From assembly GCA_002633005.1 (NCBI GenBank), contig NMRA01000307.1, forward strand, positions 334,208 through 398,207: 64,000 nt of DNA, written 5' to 3'. The notes below the pieces were generated by a model, which did not search any database, was not told the DNA's origin, and saw nothing but the letters and a program-made list of their open reading frames with translations. The position numbers were made by a program, and so were the translations under genes. Numbering within the stretch: position 1 is the stretch's first letter; every line of letters starts with the position of its first letter. Below, one piece after another: positions 27,501 through 39,500 of this stretch. Source of the stretch: Phoronis australis. Its lineage: Eukaryota > Animalia > Phoronida.

Positions 27501-30500
27501 AATGATGTGAAGATGGTGAAAGAGAGAGTTAGTCAAATTGAGGAGAGGTTACCCAGTAACAGACAACAGCTCACAAATGAAACAAAAAACTTAGAAGGTA
27601 AGAAACACTCATCTGGCATCCTTATAAAAGTATTGAGTCTTCAGATTCAGTTTGAGCAACAAAAAGATTTCTTTTCAATAAATTTCAAAAGCCCCGAGAA
27701 TATCCTATTGATAAGGCAGGTAAGGCGTATTCATAAGATTAGGATGAGGATGAATGGGGGTGTATAGGAGACAGGTGTAAGAGGCCATATAAAGACATGA
27801 GTGTAGGGCAGGGAGGGTAGTGCAAGACAGGAATTGAGAAAAATAGGTGGATGAACAAGGGGAAATGAGACTCAGAAAGAGAGACATTCACGCAGGTGCA
27901 TGAATGTCCAACCCAAAAGCCTTCAGTTGTTTCAATTTGCTTAAGGGTGACACTTAACAAGTCTTCTTTCTTTACAGTTCGTCAGTCATGTAACAGCTGG
28001 CATTTAGCTGGGGTGAACCAGACAGGCTATCATATGGTGGATCCAGATGGAGAGGCTGGCGTCAGGCCATTCATTGCCTACTGCAACATGTCCAACATTT
28101 TACAAGGACATGGCGTACCCACAGAGATTCACCACGATAGCATGGGCAAGACAGAGATCCATTCAAGGTGCGGGTTAGCTCAGTGCTACACCCGTAAGGT
28201 GAACTACATGGCAACTAAAGCCCAGATTGAGGCGTTACTCCGCACATCTAGGAGCTGCTCACAATACATTCGCTACGACTGCTTCGACTCGGTGCTATTT
28301 TACGAAACCAATCACTACGCAGCATGGTACTCGCGAGACAACCAAAAGATGTCCTACTGGGGCGGAGCTCTGCCAGGTAGTAGCAACTGTGCATGTGGAA
28401 TGTCTAAAAGTTGTGCCGACCCCAAAAAGAGCTGCAATTGTGACTCTAACGACGACAAGTGGAGAGCTGACTATGGCTACCTGACTGACAAACGTACCCT
28501 ACCTGTGTCTATGATGAAGTTTGGTGACTTAGATGGAGCCAATGAAAGAGCACACTTCACTCTTGGACCACTTGTATGCCATTAGCAGCTAAACATCAAG
28601 TATGAGAAACTGTTTCACACTGTCTTTGCAGCCCTATCCTTATAATATCAAGTGCATACGATTATGCTAATGATATTCATTGTATAATATGCCTCTGTTA
28701 CAACACAATAAATGATTGCTTACAAACTTTTCTTGTTGGTCAAAATCCGTGGAGGGGAAGGCTATTAACAATTGTTAATGGCATGTGCAAAAATAGGATA
28801 CTAATACTCTTTGGAAAGTCATCATGATGAAACTGCACAGAAATAGAAAGTTAGCACAATGAAAGGGATTCTTCTGAAACCTCCTCGACCCCCACATCCC
28901 TCGACCCCCTCAACCCATGACCCCCTCAACCCACAACCTCACAACCCATGACTCCCTTGACCCACAACCTCCCAACCCACGACCACCTCGACCCACAACC
29001 TGTGGCAACAGAGGTATCTTTGCGCTTTTAACATTACGTTGCTAGGTAACTTTCCCATAAGACATACCTCTACATGCAAGTCCGCTCTGGCTGAAGTCTG
29101 GTGATTAGAAACAGAACGTGGCATGAGAACGCCGGTGGTCTTGAATAGCGCACTGTGAGCGCGCTATCGTTGTCACAGAAATAGTTCAATGAGTGGCTAA
29201 TAAACTTAGGGAGAAAGTACATAAACGTGAATGTACATTTAATTCATACTATCATTTGCCTTACATTGTATACTCGTTTACAATATACCCCATATAACGT
29301 TGAAATACTTTTTAGTTAACAGTTTGTTTTTCTCAAACTCTATTTAGTGGTGACATTACAATTTTGTTGGTTCCTCGCACTCTCCGCAAAACAGGTCGAA
29401 TCTGCAATTCACTGAAGAGCAGATGAGACGATTACACTCTGCCAGAAACGACATTTGTAAGGTTGGTAGGTTTTTGATCTGATTTGATTGCGTTGTTTTT
29501 TTTGTTTTTGGATTTCAACCTTGCCGAATCGACTTCCTTAATTGCAAAAAACAGGGAAAAACCAGCTGAGCTCACGGCCCAACTTATTGGTTCTACAAGT
29601 CAGCGCTTGTTCTCTATTCAAATCGAGTCGAGTTTGTATAGACTGGGTCGAAGGAGTTGTGGGTCAAAGGTCGAGATGGTCGTGGGTCGAGGGGTGGGGG
29701 GGTCAAGAGGTCGAGGGGGTTTCAGAACCATCCCAATGAAAGGGGTATAGAGCATCTATGGAAAAATGCGTCACCCTTTTGTAAACACATGTCCCTATAT
29801 CATAATCATTTTTATGAATTATATTTTGAATTTGAATTCAAAATATTAACCAAACAAACTTGGAATATAAAAACCAGAAAAACACAAAAGTTAACTGTAA
29901 CTCATAACTAAAATGAACTCCTTCAGAGAAGATTAAATCAGAAAAAGCACCCTTTATGTAGCTAAGGGAATTCTACCACAAAAACCGACCAATTTTGAGT
30001 CACACATCCTACACACATCACCTATGTAGGTACCCCTCATGACAGAAATGCACCGTCAGTGCCATGCAAGTAAAAAGCAAAAACTATCTGCGAATGAAAT
30101 CAAGTAGTTATTATCCAACAGAATGGATATCTTATTATTTAAAAATAACAACTGTTAGTGAACTTGCACAAATTAAGTGATTTACATACACGAACTTTGT
30201 CCAATACAGTGATACAATTTTCACTACTAGAAAGTTTCTTAGCCTTACGAATTTTAATTTGAGGCCAAAAGTATCACACTTGGTATCAGCTGATTTGGCG
30301 ACACATACAAAGTATTCAATTTTTTAAATTGAAGAAAACCATAACAAATAGAACGAGAGCGCTCGGAGGAGCGACACTTGGCGGAATTAATCGAAAGACG
30401 ACAATGGGGAGGACGACGACAATCATGACGATCAAGGCGACAATAATGAACAACACGGTAACATTCATGTGACTAGCGAAGAAATCAAATAGAGAGCATA

Positions 30501-33500
30501 TAATGAACTACAATAAAGAACAATAGATAGCGCAACATGACGGACGAGCCATGCTTTGTTCCCGCAATCCAAAATAGGTGGCACTATGTGACAGTCTGCA
30601 GAGCAAAGTTATGTTTACAATAGTATTTCGCCTGGAATTCCAGTCTACAGTACGACAGTGCTACCTGGGTCAGTCGGGGTCAAAACTCTCTGTTAACTTG
30701 TGCAGACATAAACAAAACAAAGTGANCTTTATGTAGCTAAAGCAATTCTACCACAAAAACCGACCAATTTTGAGTCACACATCCTACACACATCACCTAT
30801 GTAGGTACCCCTCATGACAGAAATGCACTGTCAGTGCCATGCAAGTAAAAAGCAAAAATTATCTGCGAATGAAATCAAGTAGTTATTATCCAACAGAATG
30901 GATGTCTTATTACTTATAAATAACAACTGTTAGTGAACTTGCACAAATTAAGTGATTTACATACACTAAGTTTGTCCAATACAGTGATAACATTTTCACT
31001 ACTAGAAAGTTTCTCAGCCTTACGAATTTTAATTTGAGGCCAAACGTATCACACTTGGTATCAACTGATTTGGAGACACATTCAAAGTATTCAACTTTTT
31101 AAATTGAAGAAAACCATAACACATAGAATTAACAACCAAGGGCTTAAAACTGTTGTCAAACCTTTCACAGACATAGATTAGACTGAGTACTGCAGTGCAG
31201 CGATATTCAAAGACGAAGTGGCTGTAAATTCAATGGCATGAGGGTGTAACAGAAGACAGAAACCACAAGACTCAAACATGGTAAAATTTCAACTATTCAT
31301 GCCAAAATCCATGTTTACAATACTTGTGACAATGCAGTTTCATATGACACTGTCTGATGGAACCTACGCCATACAGCATCTACAATGATAACTCTTTCTT
31401 TTGATGCTACTAAAAATGGCATTTCACCCCATTTAGAGTTGCCTCTCATATTCTTTACCCCAAAATGCTTCAGTTAAGAATTCAACAGTCACACCCTTTA
31501 AGTTTTAAAATTAAATTTCACATGTCTATCACATTATGAGAATTTATCAAATACAAATGCCTTCACATGATCAAGCTGGGCAATAACAGGGACAGGAAAT
31601 CTCCCTGACAGACTGAGATAAACCCACTCCTAGTTATTCAATCATAACTCAGTTACAGTCACTATAAAAGCATCAGACTGGTTACAAGAAGAAAGTTTGA
31701 ACAGTCATGAACATGGCAGCACATAAGCAGGCTAAGACTATGCACATCTCGGCTAATATCTTCATCATGTTATTGGTTGCACAAGCACAGTCGACGTATG
31801 AAAGATGTCGGTACGAAGATGCCAACCACGTAATTAACGTCAATGTAAATGGCGGTAGGAATTCAACCGCTGATGGAGCCATCAGCAAACTTCAAGCTGA
31901 TGTGACAGCATTGAAAAACAGAGTGAGCCAGATGGAGTATAGATGGCTTGATGACAGAGGATGGCCAGCCAATGAAACACAAAGAATCGAAGGTATGTTG
32001 AGCAAAATTAATTTAATGCCGCTGTAAACCATTTCTCGCCTCATAAATGACTTTCTTCACTGGTACATTTTCAAAAGCAAAGTTATTGCATTCTCATCAC
32101 TGGTATAAAATTGACATTCAGTAACTACGAAATGTCTGTGAAGACCATATTGCTTTGGCAGCTGAAACTGGCAGCACCATCTTCAGGAGCTTTTGTCTGA
32201 AGCAAGGACTACCTGAAAGGTCCTCTCAAGTCTAGAAACCATTTCTTATCAATTCAGAAAAATGTACGGTAACAATATTTTTGAAATTTTGTTTTTGACA
32301 TTTATGTCAAACAAAATTTGGCTGTGTTATTGATAACGTTGATTTGCTATGAATGTACCTTCCTTTTATGCTGAATTTTATTAAAAAGGCATGCCACATG
32401 ACCCAATTAATGGTTAATTGGAAAGCCAAAAATTGAGTTGTACATAAAATAGAATTACAATTTGAACAGAGATAAAATCTATAGCTTTGTATATACTTGG
32501 CCGAAAACATCAACAAGCAGATAAGATCTTACATAACCTTAAGCTGCCGATGGGCATTTCAAAATGGAATTTTTTAAAAGTTGGGATGAGTATTTATCTC
32601 AACTGCCAATGCCTGTTAACGAGTAAGGAGTTGCATTAATGAAAACCATTTCATGTGCAAGGGAGGAATTAAAAAAATCAGCAGAATGCATACAATTGCG
32701 GTGCTTAAACCTAAGTTGGAGAGAAATGGATTAGACACTAAGACAGGTTTGAAACACTATGATCTGCCAAGTGACAAGTAAACAAATCACCGTGATCGGC
32801 CAAATGACAAGTAAACAAATCGCAGTGATCGGCCAAGTGATAAATAAACAAATTGCCGTGGTCGGCCAAGTGACAAGTAAACAAATCGCCATGATTTGCC
32901 AAGTGAGAAGTGAACAAATCTCACATAATTTTTGCTGCTTGATTCAGGTGGATTTTATTATTTTTTTTTGAAAAAGTTAGCAACTACAAAAATACCGCAC
33001 CACTGACTCAACTTTCAAAATACACACACTAGAATCAACTTTCAAAATACACACACTAGAATCAACTTTCAAAATACACACACTAGAATCAACTTTCAAA
33101 ATACACACACTAGAATCAACTTTCAAAATACACACACTACAATCAACTTTCAAAATACACACACTAGAATCAACTTTCAAAATACACACACTAGAATCAA
33201 ATTTGCCTTTCTTGGCCTAATGCAGTCAGTTTCATTCACAGACAAGCAAAATCTGACAACATACAGGTGTTTAACTCGAATTCTCTTGCATGAGATATTG
33301 AAGCGAAACCCATATCACCAGCATGTGTCCTTAGAGCTTATGTTCTCACAGAACCCTGAGAAACCTTCAGCAACAAATACAGGAAACATATCACCATGTA
33401 CCAAGTATAAACCAACATTTGACTTTACAATCACCCCCAAGACAGGAACTGTTAGGGGTGATAACTGTGAAATAACACAACATAAATACTCCAACCAGAC

Positions 33501-36500
33501 CTTAAAATCAATCTGACTCGACAAATACCTCATCTAAGATCAAATCCTGTCGTCGGATACACGGATACAAAAACAGAGCTAGCCAAATCCGTAAACCCAA
33601 TGGCCGAACTCTGCGAAAAACAAGGTCACATGAACACTTCCATCTACTGACTAGACAGCCAGTTTGCTAAATAAAATATATTACTGAATGACTATGGGCA
33701 CTGAATTGTTCCTTACCCTGATTGTGGTAGAACTGTAACAAAGTTGCACTTTCTTCACTGAATATGCAGGTATTTTGGCCCTTGCATCTATATTTCAAAT
33801 GAGGCATTTCTGAACATTATGTTAACTTTGCTCAAGTGTTTACCACACATGTACAAACACCTAATCTGCAGGAGGGTGCTCCTTCAATATGCTGATGCCA
33901 CAAAGTTCACACTTGTATCCAGCTGTTCCAGGACAACTGCTGGTGACTTTAGAGTCATGTAAACAGAGTATTAGGCTGAAACAGGAAACAAGGATAGGAT
34001 AGGATAGGACAGGGAACCAGAGTGCACAGTTATGACAGTTTCCTGCTGATAAGTTTTGACATACATTTAAGTACTTGAAGCTTTGTGAGTTGACAGGAAC
34101 ATATTTAATGACCAAGATGAAACTGACGATTAAATATTTTTGAAATTCCAGTAGCACGTGTCTGTAAGGGTTTCTTCATATTTTATAAAAACATCCAAGA
34201 AAAAAATGTTTTTAGTCACTGGTGATCCTATCTGTCAGTGTGTGGTTGGGCATTGCTGATATTTCAGTACAGATCATTTGAGAACTCTCAACAAATTTTT
34301 GTTTTACTAAGAAATAGCTTAAAATATCTTTATGCAAGAAAGTGGATTTTCAAACTTTTACTACTTTATCACAAATCTGTTAACTCAAAAATACTACAAG
34401 TCGTGTGTTTTTACTTTTTTATCACATTCCAAAAAATTGAGTTCCTGACATGTTCACTAGTAAATGTGACCGGGGCAAGCTTGTCCATTTTTATAACAGG
34501 AATGCTGGGGCACTAAGATGCGCCCATGGGTCATCGCAAACAATATGTTTCTAGGTACCACTAGGAAGTGCTGTAGTAGTTAAATCCGCCCGCAGATGGA
34601 GCCGGTGCATTGTTATCATGTACCTCTGAGTCATGTTTCATTGAAAGCTGTTGATCGGTTCTCAAGATATCATACGTAAACCCTCTTCCCCCAAAACAAC
34701 ACTTGAAAAGCTTAGGCATGCAAACATCAAGATGATCTACTGGCACTTGGGAACTGAAACAGAATTAAGGATAACGGTGGCTATTCTTTGCATAAATTAT
34801 GCAAATTTATCATGCAAAACCTTACACGCTGATTTCATTAAATCAATTGACCATATAAACATAGGAGAAAATAACAATTTAATTTACTTGACTGTGGTGC
34901 TTTTTATCTTACCAATAAGCACAAGTTGATTTTTAAATTTTTTTGAAAATTCACAATTTATCCACCTACAATATAGCTACATGGAATTGACGGACCTTGA
35001 AAAACGTAGATAAAATGTCAAAAAAATATGTTGTTATGTTAAGGAAGTTATGAGCAAAAACAGAATTTTGCATAAAGGTGGCCTTATTTTGGATTATTAA
35101 AGTAATGCTCTAAGTTGTCAAGGTTACAACCACCAAAATCAAAAACCTTATACCACCAAGAATTTTCAGGGCCCCTATGTGGAGCCCATGGGTGGCTACT
35201 AGACTAATATGTTGGGCGCATAAAAATTATTGTATAGACTACAGTGAAAGCTGAAAGTTTTATATATACTTGTAATGAGCTTACATAAATATAGCTATAA
35301 CATGTGAGGGCGCTGGGGAACACAATTATTGACATTCATAATCGCTACCGCTTAAAACTGCGTGAAACCATTCATATTCAGTATGCGGAAACGCCCTCAC
35401 TCAATGCACAGGTTTCTCATGAGTCGTTGGCAATGTTACACTGATTTGTGATTCGCTGATTGCAAGCCAATCCTGTTCTGGTACTCATTACAGCGTTCTG
35501 TCGTTGAGTAACTTTTCCAGACGTGAGGGGTGCTGAACGTGCGATAACATCTAGCTCTTATGTTAACTGCCCAGCTCAGTCTTTTGTCCCGTATGATAAC
35601 AAACAGGCTAATTACCTCCCAGGCTTCAAAGAAAACGTATGGTGGTTGCACGCTATTACGGAATGCGTATATACACAGTCAAATCCAGTGGGTCCGTTTG
35701 GACAGATTGTCTTAACTTCTGTTGTAGTTGGGTGATTTTGGCGATTCAAAAACGGAACATGATCAGCATTTGACGAGGAATCCAGAAATGCTATTGGCTT
35801 AAGCTCAAATATGTTATAACTTAACTTTCATTTTTATGAGCCCAGCCCAGTCAGTCTAGATACAATCTGATCAGAGATTAGAGCAATTATAGAACTAAAG
35901 AGCGCAAGCCCTCCAACCATAAATGCCAGAATGGAGTTAATCAGTCGTGTAAGATATTGGCTACGGGGGTAAACTTCCCAACTTGTTGTTGGGCTATAGA
36001 ATCAAACAAGTTGGGAGCAACGGGATGTCGCCGTCATGGTTGCGTGTTTTTGAATTTTCTGTGTATTGCCAGTACCTGTAGCCACCCAGGCATTCATTCT
36101 CTGAATACAACTTCACAATTATTGTGGACGTCTTACTGTCAAAACATGTAACTACATTTTACAAATTAAAGTAATTTACTTTATTCAAACTTTGTGTTCC
36201 TAAGTGCGAGATGTTTCAGTTGTATTAATATTATAACCAAATGACACTTGTCTATTACTTTGTACTAAAAACAATCATTGTATGACCGCAAAATGTGGCA
36301 TCTTTCCCAAATATTCAAGTGTTCATTTCTCCAGTATATATTGTAAGTTTTAAAATCTCTCCACAATGTTTTGGGTTAAAACTTCCTTCCATGAGTTAGT
36401 TAGCTGATGACTGCATAAGACTTTACCACATTTTTGAAGTCTGAAAACCAGCATATTGACTTTGGAGAAATTAAATGATTTCCTATTCATTTGCAGTACA

Positions 36501-39500
36501 TCGCTCTTGCAATGGATGGCATCTGGCAGGGATGAACAAGACGGGTTTCCTGATGGTGGATCCAGATGGAAAGGAAGGTGTCAGACCGTTTCTCGCCTAC
36601 TGCAACATGTCCAACAATATACCTGGACACGGTATACCCACGGAGGTTCACCACGACAGCTCAGGCAAGACAGAAATCAACTCAAAGTGTCAACCAGCTC
36701 AATGTTATACACGTGAGGTCAATTACATGGCAACCAAATCCCAGATCGAGGCTCTGCTCCACGCCTCCAGAACCTGTTCACAACTTATTCGCTATGACTG
36801 CAAAAATTCTGTACTGTTCCACGTAACCAATCACTATGCAGCATGGTACTCGCGTGACGGTCAACAGATGTCCTACTGGGGTGGTGCCTTGCCAGGCACA
36901 GGCAAGTGCGCATGTGGCATGTCCAACAGTTGTGCTAAGCCAAATAAGAGATGTAACTGTGATGCTAATGACAATGTGTGGCGTGCGGACTATGGGTACC
37001 TGACAGATAAACACACCATACCAGNGCTCAGTCTTTTGTCCCGTATGATAACAAGCAGGCCAATTACCTCCCAGGCTTCAAAGAAAACGTATGGTGGTTG
37101 CAGGCTATTAGGGAATGCGTATATACACAGTCAAACCCAGTGCGTCCGTTTGGACAGACCAGATTGTCCTAACTTCTGTTGTAGTTGGGCGATTTTGGCG
37201 ATTCAAAAACGGAACATGATCAGCATTTGACGAGGAATCCAGAAATGCTATTGGTTTAAGCTCACATATGTTATAACTTAACTTTCATTTTTATCAGCCC
37301 AGCCCAGTCAGTCTAGATACAATCTGATCGGAGATTAGAGCAATTATAGAACAAAAGAGCGCAGGCCCTCCTACCATAAATGCCAGAATGGAGTTAATTA
37401 GTCGTGTAAGATATTGGCTACAGGGGTCATCTTCCNCCAACTTATTGTTGGGCTATAGAATTAAACAAGTTGGGAGCAACGGGATGTCGCCGTCATGGTT
37501 GCATGTTTTTGACTTTTCTGTGTATTGCCAGTACCTGTAGCCACTCAGGCATTCATTCTCTTAATACAACTTCACAATTATTGTGGACATCTTACTGTCA
37601 AAACACGTCACTACATTTTACAAATTAAAGTTGTTTACTTTATTCAAACTTTGTGTTGCTCAGTTGTATTAATATTATAACCAAATGACACTTGTCTATT
37701 ACTTTGTACTAAAAACACTATCATTGTATGACCGCAAAATGTGGCATCTTTCCCAAATATTCAAGTGTTCATTTCTCCAGCATATCTTGTAAGTTTTAAA
37801 ATCTCTCCACAATGTTTTGGGTTAAAACTTCCTTCCATGAGTTAGTTAGCTGATGACTGCATAAAACTTTACCACATTTTTGAAGTCTGAAAACCAGCAT
37901 ATTGACTTTGGAGAAATTAAATGATTTCCTATTCATTTGCAGTACATCGCTCTTGCAATGGATGGCATCTGGCAGGGATGAACAAGACGGGTTTCCTGAT
38001 GGTGGATCCAGATGGAAAGGAAGGTGTCAGACCATTTCTCGCCTACTGCAACATGTCCAACAATATACCTGGACACGGTATACCCACTGAGGTTCACCAC
38101 GACAGCTCAGGCAAGACAGAAATCAACTCAAAGTGTCAACCAGCTCAGTGTTACACGCGCGAGGTCAATTACATGGCAACCAAATCCCAGATCGAGGCTC
38201 TGCTCCACGCCTCCAGAACCTGTTCACAACTTATTCGCTATGACTGCAAAAACTCTGTACTGTTCCACGTAACCAATCACTATGCAGCATGGTACTCGCG
38301 TGACGGTCAACAGATGTCCTACTGGGGTGGTGCCTTGCCAGGCACAGGCAAATGCGCATGTGGCATGTCCAACAGTTGTGCTAAGCCAAATAAGAGATGT
38401 AACTGTGATGCTAATGACAATGTGTGGCGTGCGGACTATGGGTACCTGACAGATAAACACACCATACCAGTGTCTATGATGAAGTTTGGGGATCTTGACC
38501 AGCCTAACGAAAGAGCATTTTTTACCCTTGGACCTCTCATCTGCTATTGATTAATTCTGGACAACATGGTGGATAAGTGAAATTTTTTCATAAAAGACAT
38601 AAAGCATAGAATTAACAGTTTACCATTTACCAGTTCTGTAAAGCTACCATCCTATAATATTCGGAAACAATTGGGCATTCCTAAGCAATACCAGAGACCC
38701 TTAACAAATGAAAAATATCAAAGCCAAATGACTAACCTTTGTCTGAAATCTGTGAGAGTTTACCACTTTAAGTTTATCTGAGGCATTAAAATACCGTCCA
38801 GCAATTTTATTATTCTTTTCACACATGCGATTATTAAAGCATTACCACTATACAGATGGTTTTTCCAAAACGTGCTGTTATTTATCATAGACTTGCTTTA
38901 TGAAGTTTGTCGTGTCTTTGATCTTGCATTGTTTTATAACAGGTAGCACATGAATTTGTGGAAATTAAGAATCTGGATTCCATGTCAGGTAAAATGTCAT
39001 CGAAAAAATTGCCTTTAATCATGTTTCCAAAGTGTCTCACATTGTTATGGATGCCCACAACTATCTGATGGTAGCTGGGCATAGAACGAGAACAAGGAAA
39101 AGCGTTAATTTGGTGCTAACCATCGTTTATTGAAAAAAGCAAGACAATAAAATTTCATTTGTCAGACATACGGTGTCCTAAATTAGTCCAAAATTTATTC
39201 TACTGTAAGCAAATAAGTCGACACTTGAGAGTGCATGTGAATGAAGCAGCACACCATACATGACGTGAACCCAAACAGGTCAAGACACAAACCATGGTAT
39301 TTTTAATGCTTAGCCAATAAATGCAAATGATCTCCAATAACTGCTGAAATTTTCCACACACGAAACTCATTCTCGTTTTGATGGTCGCTTTTACAATCAA
39401 ACAGATAGTATAGCGATGGGTTTTCCTCAAGCCCCATTATTAGCTAAGTTGTTTATGGGTCACCATGAACAATGTGTATTCAAAAGATTCAACAGTTTCA

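Noticed and set aside
33861-33975. Possible in-frame poison or terminal exon of the USP in intron 9 (acceptor cctgtttcag, LILCLHDSK...PPAD*)
   Set aside because: The phase match has a 1-in-3 chance, there is no homology, and the USP frame is complete without it; it would need RNA-seq support.
36475-37230. Third fibrinogen-domain gene with a novel C-terminus (251-aa ORF)
   Set aside because: The C-terminal extension arises from reading across the n at 37025 into duplicated intronic sequence.
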